Below, in pieces: positions 41,573 to 51,070 of a stretch of DNA of 56,586 bases. The notes under the pieces are model-generated. The model did no database searches. It had not been told where the DNA came from and saw only the letters and a list, made by a program, of their open reading frames with translations. Numbering within the stretch: the first letter of the stretch is position 1; the number at the start of each line of letters is the position of its first letter. A program made the translations under genes and the position numbers. This DNA is from a virus (lineage: Duplodnaviria > Caudoviricetes): IMG/VR virus record IMGVR_UViG_3300037488_001194, positions 1 to 56,586 of that record; one strand, 5' to 3'.

Positions 41573-42843
41573 AGTATTGCTCCTAATGTGTCCCCGTCCG
41601 ATAGTGTTTCAATGTTGTGGAGTTTTCGACGGAGGCTCCTAGCGATTTGTGTTTCAACGGTTCCGTTTGCGAAAAGCAAGTATTGCCTACTGGCAGACAA
41701 AGCTCCTGCTCGATGGATACGTCCAAGAGCCTGCTTGGTATCGATCGCCGAGTATGTCGGCGCGATAAGACTGATTCTTGGTACTCCTTGCAGGTCATGG
41801 AGCGACAATCCAACACCACCTGCTTGAATCATGCAAGCACATATTTTTACTTTGTTTGCTTGGAAGTCCGCGATATTCCGTACACGGTCATCATCCTTTT
41901 GATCGCCGATGATTTCTGCCGATTCCGCTGAGACAAGCTTTTGGTATGCTTCGAGCGATTGCCTGAAGTTAAAGAACGCAACAACGGCGTTACCTTCCGC
42001 CAAAGCCTGTTCAGTAAGCTCAACAAAGACTGGTACACGCATTAACTCCGCTTCTTGCCTCGCCCTGAGTTTGATCGTGAGCGGGTTCTCGGACGTTCGT
42101 TTGCTTCGCAATTCCGCAAGCTGCGCCTGCATTTTTTCGTAGATGACGTCAACGTCCCCCATGTCGTAGCACTCTGCGAACACGGAGTTGCTTGGGAAAG
42201 CGTCCCCGAGGTCGGCGATTCGGATGCGGTGCCCCTTAGACGGGAAAATAGATTTATGAATTTCTTGTAGCATTTTCTTTCCGCCCATGAAAGCCAGACC
42301 ACGACCCCATGGGGCAGGTCGACAACCCATTTTGTAATTCCACCGGTAGAAGTCGTGGTATTCATGGAGACCCAACATGAAGCCTGTCGCTCGCATGTCC
42401 AGCGGATTCTCTGCGGCAGTAGCGGATAGCATAAGTACTGGGTACTTCTTTGACCCTGTAAGTATCTTGGCATTAACGCTTGTGGCTCCTTTGCAACGAT
42501 GAACTTCGTCAAAAATTAAAAGTTTAGCTCCCCTGAAAGTCCACTCCCAACTCTTCGCGTCGTTCCATTTTCCCAGCTTTGTCTTCCCAGTCTTTAACTT
42601 TTCGTAGTTGATTACCTCGTGTTTCACATCGCCACGATCAAGCCATTCACGCCACGACGGGATAACTGCTTTCGGGCAGACGACAATGACGTCCGCTTTT
42701 AATTGTTGGGCGAGCCAAACCGCTTTAGCCGTCTTACCCGTGCCAGTATCGCTGGCGTCGAGGGCTACGTTATTTTTCTGAAGGCTTTGTAATAACGCTT
42801 CCGCTCCCGATTTCTGCCACTCGAACAATGTGATGTCTGCCAT
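41569..42843 (-). CDS. SF2 (SNF2-like) DNA helicase
   Basis: DTGTGKT, DEVH, LSATA, AGGVGLSL, QALGRIHRAG. Confidence 0.92.
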   Translation of the reverse strand: MADITLFEWQKSGAEALLQSLQKNNVALDASDTGTGKTAKAVWLAQQLKADVIVVCPKAVIPSWREWLDRGDVKHEVINYEKLKTGKTKLGKWNDAKSWEWTFRGAKLLIFDEVHRCKGATSVNAKILTGSKKYPVLMLSATAAENPLDMRATGFMLGLHEYHDFYRWNYKMGCRPAPWGRGLAFMGGKKMLQEIHKSIFPSKGHRIRIADLGDAFPSNSVFAECYDMGDVDVIYEKMQAQLAELRSKRTSENPLTIKLRARQEAELMRVPVFVELTEQALAEGNAVVAFFNFRQSLEAYQKLVSAESAEIIGDQKDDDRVRNIADFQANKVKICACMIQAGGVGLSLHDLQGVPRISLIAPTYSAIDTKQALGRIHRAGALSASRQYLLFANGTVETQIARSLRRKLHNIETLSDGDTLGAIL

Positions 42844-43270
42844 ATTCGAGTATCAATAGTGCATCCGCCGTTGATAATGTCACGCTTAAATTTGGAAATC
42901 TTCTTTGAGCTTCGGCTTTGAGTTTATTCTTCCACTCTGTCTTGCTGGCCATCCCCTTGCTATTTCCCAAGCTCAACGCCTTCTGCCATGCCTGTGGTCG
43001 AACCATCTCGATTCTGTATCCTAAAGTCATGGCCACGCCTAAAATAAAACCGAAACCCCTACCGAAGTTAAACATCGCTGATCCGGGACTACCTGCCCCA
43101 CCCACATATCCACCGACCTGCTCGATGACAATAACATCGTGATAAGTCCGCAAATTTTTTAACTTTGCTAACACATCTCCTTCAGTCTCAGGCATCTTTA
43201 CTGCATCGACCATACCGTTAATAGTTATGGATGCAATACCTCCGCTAGCTCCGGGATCAATAGCTACCAT
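42770..43270 (-). CDS. RuvC-like Holliday junction resolvase
   Basis: AIDPG.SGG, IEQV, FNFGRGFG, V.PQ.WQK, ADALLI. Confidence 0.85.
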   Translation of the reverse strand: MVAIDPGASGGIASITINGMVDAVKMPETEGDVLAKLKNLRTYHDVIVIEQVGGYVGGAGSPGSAMFNFGRGFGFILGVAMTLGYRIEMVRPQAWQKALSLGNSKGMASKTEWKNKLKAEAQRRFPNLSVTLSTADALLILEYGRHHIVRVAEIGSGSVITKPSEK

Positions 43271-43313
43271 CTAAACCATCTCGTATAAAAAGAGTGGATT
43301 GCCAAGGGGATTC

Positions 43314-43322
43314 TGTTACCAT
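43314..43322 (+). promoter_or_regulatory. Extended -10 promoter (TGnTACCAT) of terminase, in the divergent junction
   Basis: TGT-TACCAT ends 6 nt before ATG 43329; ruvC starts divergently at 43270. Confidence 0.45.
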
Positions 43323-43328
43323 CAGGTG

Positions 43329-45026
43329 ATGTCCCAAATCGAGAAGTATGGCCGAGTATGGCCCGAAGGGGCTACAGCACTTACGATTGAATTACTAGCC
43401 TTCCGAGAAGGATTGAGCCTTGAGAAGGGCGGTCTTGGTAAAGAAAATCATTTTTGGAATATAGTTGAGATGTTGTGGCCGTATCACCCCAAGAAGAACC
43501 CGCAAGGTTTCCAACGGAATCCGTGGGCAGATGACCAGATCGTTGAGCTTTGTAAATGGAACTACTTGGGAATCTCTGGGCCTAAGTCTTCCGCCAAGAC
43601 AGAGGTGGTTGGCTTGTGGGGATTAGTGAACTGGTACTCTGCTCCGTTTGATACATTGGTCTTAGTCACAACAACGTCTGTTCGTGAAGCCCGTAAGCGT
43701 ATGTGGGGTCGAGTCCGTGAGCGTCACATGCAGGCGAAGGTCATGCCCGGCAAGTTGGTTGACTCAATGGGTAAGCTTGTACTGGAAGAGGGGAGTAGTG
43801 ATCGGTCTAGCATAACGCTTGTGCCTTCCGCTAAAGATAAAGAAAAAGAAGCTTCCGAGAAATTGCTCGGCTTGAAAAACAAACGGGTGTTTCTTTTGAT
43901 CGACGAGGCCACGGACGTATCGCCTGCCATCTTTGAAGCCACGGCCAATCTTTCGGCTAACCCATTCTTTCAATGCGTGGCCTGCGGGAACTTCAATTCA
44001 GCCTATGATCCATTCGGTCAGTTCGTAACCCCCAAAGAGGGATGGCAATCTATTACAGTTGACGAGGGTGGCTGGGAGACCAAAGACGGGTTCTGTCTGC
44101 ACTTGGATGGAGAGAAGACCCCCAACCTAGATCACGAAGATAAATGGCCATTCTTACTCACCTCAAAGAAACTAGACGAAGACCGCAAACGGCTTGGCGA
44201 GAACTCACTCTCTTACTGGAGATTTATCCGTTCCTTCCCAGCCCCTGCCGGTTCGGAGGAGAACATCTATAGCGAGGCTGACCTTCGTAAGTTTGAAGCT
44301 CATAAGCCAGCTATGTGGGTTGGGGCTAAACAACCCATTGCTGTGGCTGGATTTGATCCTGGTTTCACGAGTGGGGGTGATAGGTCTGTCCTATTTCTCG
44401 GGAAGTACGGGGAGACTGACGCCGGCATGACAGTCCATTTTGACAAGTACGTAGAACTCCAAGAGAACTCTTCCCTCAAGGATAATCCCCGTAATTACCA
44501 GATCGCTCAGTTATTAAAGCAGGAGTGCGAGAAGTATGGGGTATTGCCACGATATCTAGCGATAGACGCCACCGGGGCGGGAGACCCGCTTTGCGATATC
44601 ATATCTACTATATGGAGCCCGTCTGTTCTTAGGGTTAAGTTTTCTGAGAGACCCAGCAATATGCCTGTCAGCAAAAGTTCTCACATGAAGGCTGACGAGT
44701 CCTATGGGAACAGGGTATCAGAGCTTTGGTATGTAGGGCGGGAGTTCTTGAGGGCGGGGCAGGTTAGGGGTGTGACTATTGATTTAGCTAGGGAGTTGGT
44801 AGCTAGGCAGTACCGCACAGCCGAACGGGGTAAAATCTATGTAGAGTCCAAGAAAGACATGAAGTCTAGGTTCGGGAGGTCCCCCGACATAGCTGACGCA
44901 GCCTTCCTTATGCTGGATGTGTGCCGTCAAAGGGCTAACGCCATAGCTGGGACTAGCGTGGCTGGGGGTGGTAAATACAAGGATTTCTTGGCCTTTACCA
45001 AGAAAGTGGATGCCTTATATTCTTGA
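43329..45026 (+). CDS. Terminase large subunit
   Basis: GPKSSAKT Walker A variant, LLIDEA Walker B, GN coupling motif, nuclease GFDPG...GGD and SPD.ADA. Confidence 0.9.
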   Translation: MSQIEKYGRVWPEGATALTIELLAFREGLSLEKGGLGKENHFWNIVEMLWPYHPKKNPQGFQRNPWADDQIVELCKWNYLGISGPKSSAKTEVVGLWGLVNWYSAPFDTLVLVTTTSVREARKRMWGRVRERHMQAKVMPGKLVDSMGKLVLEEGSSDRSSITLVPSAKDKEKEASEKLLGLKNKRVFLLIDEATDVSPAIFEATANLSANPFFQCVACGNFNSAYDPFGQFVTPKEGWQSITVDEGGWETKDGFCLHLDGEKTPNLDHEDKWPFLLTSKKLDEDRKRLGENSLSYWRFIRSFPAPAGSEENIYSEADLRKFEAHKPAMWVGAKQPIAVAGFDPGFTSGGDRSVLFLGKYGETDAGMTVHFDKYVELQENSSLKDNPRNYQIAQLLKQECEKYGVLPRYLAIDATGAGDPLCDIISTIWSPSVLRVKFSERPSNMPVSKSSHMKADESYGNRVSELWYVGREFLRAGQVRGVTIDLARELVARQYRTAERGKIYVESKKDMKSRFGRSPDIADAAFLMLDVCRQRANAIAGTSVAGGGKYKDFLAFTKKVDALYS

Positions 45027-45051
45027 CCCGAGACAAGTAATTGAGTACGTA
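45023..45051 (+). promoter_or_regulatory. Putative sigma70-like promoter of portal
   Basis: TTGACC-17-TACGTA followed by GGAG and GTG 45062. Confidence 0.45.
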
Positions 45052-45061
45052 GGAGTTTAAC

Positions 45062-47353
45062 GTGGATCAGAACCTAGAGACAATCTCCCCAGAGGGTCGG
45101 CCACCCAAATCGAGGCTTAAAGATGCTACATCTGCTTTTGCGCTTTATACTAACCTTGTTGACGCCGATCAGGATAGCGCAGCACAAAGGGTGCGTGTTC
45201 AAGCGATGCTCGATGGTGAGCCACCGTACAATCCGTCCACTCTGCGGAATCTCGGCCAGTCTTATCGTTCGAATCTAAATTTCTTGGAAGCCTCTGCTGA
45301 CTTGGAATATGCCCTATCGGCCTATTCTGATTTGGTTAACGGAGTCCCGATGTTGGCTCAAGTAAAGACCAAGTTTGGCGACGCGACTCAACGTGGCAAT
45401 TACAGCCAGATTATCTCCGAAGAGTTCGACCGCGTTCTACGCAAAGACTGGGACGAGTTCTTTTATAACCAGCAAAGGCTGGCTCACGAGTTTGTTGCCT
45501 ATGGCGTTGGCTTTGCTTTCTTCGACGACGATACCGATTGGCGTTGGAAGGTTGCTGGGCTTAGAGATTTCTATCTCCCCCGTGGTATTCCAGCCAGCGA
45601 TAGCCGTATTGAATTTTGTTGCGCCCGCCGGTCGTATTACGCTTACGAACTTTATCAGCATATCAAAGACCCCAAAGCTGCGAAAGCTGTTGGTTGGGAT
45701 GTAGAAGAAACCCGCAAGGCGATTATCAATGCGGTCCCAGCCGATGTTTCTGGGACAAGGCTCGAGTGGGAAGAGATTCAAGTAATGCTGAAAGATAATG
45801 ATCTTTCTCTTTCTTTTGCTCGTTCTGCCGAAATCCAGACTATTCATTACTATATCCTAGAGTTTGACGGACGGGTGACTCATGCGATCGGACTCCGTGA
45901 CGGCTCCAATCAAAATTTCCTTTTCCGCAAAGACAACCGTTTTGCTAACATCAACGAAGCCTTGGTGATGTTTACCTACGGTATCGGCACCAATGGAACA
46001 CTCCATTCCGTCCGAGGTCTCGCCTACAAGATTTACCCTCACATCCAAGTCAACAATCGTCTACGGAATGCCATCATCGATTCGACCTTGCTGTCGACTT
46101 CCGTGATGATCCAGCCACAGACGATGGATGACTTGCAGAATCTTACCATTGCCTACAACGGTCCAATGGCGATTCTTCCCCCGAATCTCAACATTGTTGA
46201 GCGGACTTCTCCGAATCTTGCTAACAACGCTTTGCCGATTGCCCAAGAGCTTTCGACGATTCGCAGGAACAACACGGGAAGTTATGCTTCACAAGTTGTA
46301 AGCTCCGCATCGCAAGAGCGTACCGCTACTGAAGTAAGTGCCCAGCTCGAGAAAGAAGCAGTTCTTTCTACGCAAGCACAGAACTTCTATTATGTCCCGT
46401 GGGGCAAGCTACTCAAAGAACAGTTCCGCCGTCTGGCCTTAGGCAACTGGAGAGAAGCCCAACCAGGTGGTGATATTGCTATGGAGTTTCATAGACGCCT
46501 ACGCGAACGCGGGGTTCCCATGCAGGCTCTCAAAGAGGTCTACGACGTGACCCCGATGAAAGCTGTTGGGTACGGTAGTGCTCAAGCTCGGTTGCTTGCG
46601 TACAACGAATTTATGCAGATGTTACCAATGCTCGACGAAACAGGTCGCGCGAATGTTATTCGTGACCGTATCGCTGTTCGTGTTGGGTACGATCAGGTTG
46701 ATCGTTACGCCTCGCCAAGTGCTGTGCCCCCAAGATTGCCTGTGGACGCCAAGATTGCCGAACTCGAGAACGACTCTATGCAGAGTGGACGAAGTGTTAC
46801 TGTCCAGCCTGGAGAGAACCATGCTGTCCATTTGCAGATTCACGCTATGGATTCTGTCCGATTCCTGCAAGCTCTTCAGGACAACTCTGTTCCGCCTCTT
46901 GAAGCATACAAGTATCTCTCCCTTTCTGGGCCACATATGACTTCTCACCTCCAACAGATTTCTTCGGATGTCAGTCGTCAGGCTCTTGTCGGCCAGTACA
47001 AAGACATCATCAATAAGATTAATCAAGCTGTTCAGAGACTCGGAGAGAGTCTTGCTCGCGAACAAAGGCAACAGCAGGAGGCCATGGTGAAGATGCAACA
47101 GAAACAATTGCAAGACGCTATGCAGATGCAGGTTAATGATGTTAAGGGCAAATTACAAGCCGAGTACGCTGTTAAGATCGCCAAAGTACAAGCGGATGCT
47201 GAAATCGATAAAGCTGCTTCGGACGCTAAGATTGCGATCAAGAGCGAAGAAGCCCGTCAGCGTATGGCTCTTCGCGATGCACAGACAGCCCAGCGGTTGA
47301 GGGCTCAGTCCGAAAAGAATCAGTTAGCTGCACAAAAGAAAAGACTTGCTTAA
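45062..47353 (+). CDS. Portal protein
   Basis: 763 aa directly after TerL; ERTATEV motif of podovirus/P22-type portals; Gln-rich helical C-terminal barrel. Confidence 0.85.
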   Translation: MDQNLETISPEGRPPKSRLKDATSAFALYTNLVDADQDSAAQRVRVQAMLDGEPPYNPSTLRNLGQSYRSNLNFLEASADLEYALSAYSDLVNGVPMLAQVKTKFGDATQRGNYSQIISEEFDRVLRKDWDEFFYNQQRLAHEFVAYGVGFAFFDDDTDWRWKVAGLRDFYLPRGIPASDSRIEFCCARRSYYAYELYQHIKDPKAAKAVGWDVEETRKAIINAVPADVSGTRLEWEEIQVMLKDNDLSLSFARSAEIQTIHYYILEFDGRVTHAIGLRDGSNQNFLFRKDNRFANINEALVMFTYGIGTNGTLHSVRGLAYKIYPHIQVNNRLRNAIIDSTLLSTSVMIQPQTMDDLQNLTIAYNGPMAILPPNLNIVERTSPNLANNALPIAQELSTIRRNNTGSYASQVVSSASQERTATEVSAQLEKEAVLSTQAQNFYYVPWGKLLKEQFRRLALGNWREAQPGGDIAMEFHRRLRERGVPMQALKEVYDVTPMKAVGYGSAQARLLAYNEFMQMLPMLDETGRANVIRDRIAVRVGYDQVDRYASPSAVPPRLPVDAKIAELENDSMQSGRSVTVQPGENHAVHLQIHAMDSVRFLQALQDNSVPPLEAYKYLSLSGPHMTSHLQQISSDVSRQALVGQYKDIINKINQAVQRLGESLAREQRQQQEAMVKMQQKQLQDAMQMQVNDVKGKLQAEYAVKIAKVQADAEIDKAASDAKIAIKSEEARQRMALRDAQTAQRLRAQSEKNQLAAQKKRLA

Positions 47354-47380
47354 TTTTCGGATTCTGCGACAAACATAGGA

Positions 47381-47665
47381 ATGACTTTCCAAGAGTGGAG
47401 TAAACGCGACGACTACGTAAAGCTTTGGGAAAAGACGTGGCAAGAGCCACACATGCGGGCCGGTCTTACCGCTTTAATCCATCTCGGTCTACCTCAGGCT
47501 AGTATCCTAACTCCGACCGCTAACGGTGACAGTATCAATATCAGAGCTCTCGCCCATTCAAGAACTGAAGGATGGTTCTCCGCTATTAAAGCAATCGAAC
47601 TTCTCAAAACACCTACTAACGAGCAACAAGAGTTGCCAGGGCCTTGGGAAGACGCAACAAGATAA
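47381..47665 (+). CDS. Small head-associated hypothetical protein
   Basis: Between portal and scaffold. Confidence 0.55.
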   Translation: MTFQEWSKRDDYVKLWEKTWQEPHMRAGLTALIHLGLPQASILTPTANGDSINIRALAHSRTEGWFSAIKAIELLKTPTNEQQELPGPWEDATR

Positions 47666-47682
47666 AATAAGAAAACAAATAT

Positions 47683-48960
47683 ATGGCAACAAATTCTGAT
47701 ATCGGGTCTCTAGGCGAGGCTCTTAATTCTGCCCTCGGCAATTCGGAGGCTCCATTAGCTTCCGCTACTCCGCTTTCCCAGAACCCTGTGATTGAGCCGG
47801 CTACTACTCCTGCTACAGCCCCAGTCACCGAGACTAACACCGCTGTTACCGCTCCAGCAGAAGCTGTCAAAGAAACTGAGGCCAAACCTGCTGAAGTAGA
47901 TCTGGCTAAAACCCCCGAGATCAAAACCCCCTCTAAACTTATTGACTCATTGTTGACTCCCGAGGCTGAAAAGACAAAGACTGTTGACAAGGCTGAAGGT
48001 GAACTTACTGAAGAAGAAAAACTTCCGGGAAAGGCGACTAACTCTGCTAACTCTGCTTTTGCTGCCAAAGCGAGGGCGTTAAAAGCCGCGGAACAGGAGT
48101 TGGCCACCCTAAAGCAAGAACTCGAAAAGTCTCGCAACGCTGGTAACGCAGAAGCCTCGTCAGAAGTTCAGAGCATTAAATCTGAACTAGAAGAGGCTCG
48201 TAAGTTAGTTTCTGATTATGAGAGCCAACTTTCTTTGGTCAGGGTTGAATCCACTCGCGAATATAAACGTACTATCAGCGAGCCATTAGCTAAAGCTGAG
48301 AAGGGTTTGGCTGATTCCATAGCTGGTTACGAAGGGCTTAACGTGAAAGATGTCCTCAAAGTATTGGACATTAAAGACCCAGTTCAACGTAGAGCAGAGT
48401 TTAAGGATGTGATGAACGGCGTAGACGCAATGGATGCGTGGGCTGTTAAGACAAAGTTGGATGAGATTGAACAGCTCCGCTCCAAGAAAGATGATATGCT
48501 CAAGTCAGCCAACGATACGCTAGCTCAAATCGAAAGGCAGGAAACTGCCGTCGAACAAGAAGCTAGACTAAACTTTGACAAGCAAGCTGACGTTGCTTTC
48601 GAAAATACTTGGGGTCAGTTCGAAGACTCTTTCCCAATCCTCAAGCGTGGTCAGACTCCCGAGTGGGATAACACGATCAAGGCTCTTCGTGAGCAGGCAG
48701 TTTATTTGGATAAGCAACCGCTCGACCACCAGCAACGTGCTACTCTCACATATCAAGCTGTCTTGTTCCCACTTGCTGTTCAGGTTGTCCGAGACCTGAC
48801 AGAGAAGAGCAACGCCACTATTGCCGATCTCAAAGCTCAGTTACAGAAGTTACAGGTAGCTACTCCCGGAGCTGGGGCTGGGGTTAACAATACTCCGTCC
48901 GCTGGGTTGCCCACTAACGTTGGATTCCTAGAAGCTCTCGAAAAATCGATGGGTCGCTAA
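47683..48960 (+). CDS. Capsid scaffolding protein
   Basis: Low-complexity Pro/Ala/Glu N-terminus, long coiled coils, short C-terminal helix after a flexible linker; position in the head operon. Confidence 0.7.
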   Translation: MATNSDIGSLGEALNSALGNSEAPLASATPLSQNPVIEPATTPATAPVTETNTAVTAPAEAVKETEAKPAEVDLAKTPEIKTPSKLIDSLLTPEAEKTKTVDKAEGELTEEEKLPGKATNSANSAFAAKARALKAAEQELATLKQELEKSRNAGNAEASSEVQSIKSELEEARKLVSDYESQLSLVRVESTREYKRTISEPLAKAEKGLADSIAGYEGLNVKDVLKVLDIKDPVQRRAEFKDVMNGVDAMDAWAVKTKLDEIEQLRSKKDDMLKSANDTLAQIERQETAVEQEARLNFDKQADVAFENTWGQFEDSFPILKRGQTPEWDNTIKALREQAVYLDKQPLDHQQRATLTYQAVLFPLAVQVVRDLTEKSNATIADLKAQLQKLQVATPGAGAGVNNTPSAGLPTNVGFLEALEKSMGR

Positions 48961-49718
48961 TGCTAGTCGTACTGCCAGTCGGTCCTCAGGATCGGGAGCA
49001 GGCGATTCGTTGGCTTAACTGGGTCGAGGAGCTAGGCGGAATTAGTAGCCATCGTTTGATGGTTGCTTGTGCTCGGGCAGTCCCAAACCCTACTGAGTTG
49101 AGCCGTAACTACGAGTTGTATATACCGCATGATCAAGATGAGCGTGGATGGCCCATGAGCCCAAACCATATGTTTAAACGGGTAGCTCAGCATATTACTT
49201 GGGGGCCAAATCCCGAGGCATACTTTTGGTGTGAACCAGACTGTATCCCTTTAGTATCAGGATGGCTCGATCTCTTGGACTCGGAGTACCGTACTTGTGG
49301 TCAGTATTTCATGGGTGCCCAAGTGAATGTTCAAGGCACTCCCGAGCATATGAGTGGTAACGCTATCTACCCGAAGAACGTGATGGAACGGGCGTTTAAT
49401 CTTATTCATGCGGATCTTGCCGCATTTGATGTTGTGGGTGCTGAGCAGATTGTTGGGCAAGCGCATTGGACAAAATCTATTCAGCATGTTTGGCGTAAAG
49501 ACGAGGGGCGTAACTTCACCTTCCCCGATCAGGCCAGCGTCGATGCTATGGTTAGTAAGGAAGCTTTGTTGTTCCATCAGAATAAGGACGGCACATTGAT
49601 TGAAAGACTTCGAGAGCGTCGGTCACCGAAGAAAGTAGAAGTAGTCGAGACCCCCGAAGTAAAACCAAAAAAGCGTCGGATGCGTAGGAAATCAGGAAAT
49701 GAAGATCCTACCGAATAA
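48960..49718 (+). CDS. Putative glycosyltransferase-like protein
   Basis: FWCEPDC.PL...WLD.L (DxD-like EPD) and HMSGNAIYP, a GT-A-like pattern. Confidence 0.5.
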   Translation: MLVVLPVGPQDREQAIRWLNWVEELGGISSHRLMVACARAVPNPTELSRNYELYIPHDQDERGWPMSPNHMFKRVAQHITWGPNPEAYFWCEPDCIPLVSGWLDLLDSEYRTCGQYFMGAQVNVQGTPEHMSGNAIYPKNVMERAFNLIHADLAAFDVVGAEQIVGQAHWTKSIQHVWRKDEGRNFTFPDQASVDAMVSKEALLFHQNKDGTLIERLRERRSPKKVEVVETPEVKPKKRRMRRKSGNEDPTE

Positions 49719-50352
49719 TATCGCGGTACTAGAAAACGATTCGCATATTTCCCGCTGGGTCGAAGAGACTGGGAAATTGGATCACGACGAGTATTCTCTC
49801 CCGATTATCCTAAAGCACATTAACGAAGGTGATTACGTAGTCGATGCTGGGGCTTTCATTGGAGACCACACCGTTGCCTACGTTAGGACTGTAGGTTCTA
49901 CTGGGAGGGTCTATGCCTTTGAGCCAAATCTATCAGCGTACGAATGTTTGGTTTATAATTGTCCTTCAGCCATAACGGTCAAAGCTGGGCTTAGCGATAA
50001 ACCAGGTAGCGAATCTTTTGCTGTCTTGGATAACGCTGGATCAAGTCGTATAACTGATTCTGGTGACAAAGTTGTTTTTGTTGTGACCTTGGACTCTTAC
50101 GATTTACCTAGGCTTGATTTTTTTAAGTTGGATGTTGAAGGATTTGAGGTGTCAGCGTTGAAGGGGGCCAAAAAAACTATAGCGAAGTATCGCCCAGTCA
50201 TGTGGATCGAGGTTAACGAACACGCTCTGCAACAACGTGGCGAATCCCCGATCTCGTTAATCACTTATCTACGGTCTGAACTCGGATACGGATTGGAATC
50301 ATTTCCCCCAGAAGAAGGGCCTCAATACGACCTTTTATGCAAGCCTCTGTAG
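49699..50352 (+). CDS. FkbM-family SAM-dependent methyltransferase
   Basis: VVDAGAFIGDHT, VYAFEP, TLDS, FFKLDVEGFE..ALKGA..TI...RP...IE. Confidence 0.92.
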   Translation: MKILPNNIAVLENDSHISRWVEETGKLDHDEYSLPIILKHINEGDYVVDAGAFIGDHTVAYVRTVGSTGRVYAFEPNLSAYECLVYNCPSAITVKAGLSDKPGSESFAVLDNAGSSRITDSGDKVVFVVTLDSYDLPRLDFFKLDVEGFEVSALKGAKKTIAKYRPVMWIEVNEHALQQRGESPISLITYLRSELGYGLESFPPEEGPQYDLLCKPL

Positions 50353-51032
50353 ACCTATTCATCCGTAGCTATAAGAAAGACTTCGAGTGGCTTTCCTATT
50401 GCCTGAAGTCCTGTGCCAAGTCAGCCAAGGGGTTTCGTCAGATCCATATTGTCGTACCTCACGGCGACCAGCACGAGCTAAACCATCTGACTTTGGAGAA
50501 AGTACATATCTGCCCTAGGTACGCAGAGGACTACTTGGGTCAGCAGGTCACCAAACTAAACGCTGATCTGTACTCTGACGCCGATTTCATCTGCCACATC
50601 GATTCTGATACCGTCTGGTTACACGACGTGTCCCCCAAGGATTTCATCCACAAAGGCAAAGCGATTGTATACTACGAGCCTTATGACAGGATCGGGGAAT
50701 GCCCTTGGCAACCAATCGTAGAGGAAGCCGTTGGTTGGAAACCAGAGTTTGAGTTTATGCGTAGACCACCACATACCTTCCCTAGGTGGTTGTATAAGGA
50801 GATGAGGGATTTCCTTCAGACTACCCATAAAGTGCCTTTTGACACTTTCGTTGCTACCCGCCCAGACCGTCGGTTCAGCGAGTATAACACCCTAGGAGCA
50901 TATGCTTGGAAGCACCACAGGAATAAGTTTGAATGGAGAGATCCTAAACAGGATAAAGACACGGTTCGGCAGTTTTGGTCTTGGGGTGGCATTGACGTTA
51001 ATCGCCAAGAACTGGATAAACTCCTAGCGTAG
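50337..51032 (+). CDS. Glycosyltransferase-like protein (DUF6492/GT-A-like)
   Basis: IRSY.KD..WL...L.S, QQ..KL.AD, HIDSD (DxD), FSEYN.LG.YA. Confidence 0.65.
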   Translation: MQASVDLFIRSYKKDFEWLSYCLKSCAKSAKGFRQIHIVVPHGDQHELNHLTLEKVHICPRYAEDYLGQQVTKLNADLYSDADFICHIDSDTVWLHDVSPKDFIHKGKAIVYYEPYDRIGECPWQPIVEEAVGWKPEFEFMRRPPHTFPRWLYKEMRDFLQTTHKVPFDTFVATRPDRRFSEYNTLGAYAWKHHRNKFEWRDPKQDKDTVRQFWSWGGIDVNRQELDKLLA

Positions 51033-51036
51033 GTTA

Positions 51037-51064
51037 TTGACCTGAGAACTTATTCGGTTACCTT
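51037..51064 (+). promoter_or_regulatory. Putative sigma70-like promoter
   Basis: TTGACC-16-TACCTT, ending 6 nt before GTG 51071. Confidence 0.45.
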
Positions 51065-51070
51065 CAGCCT

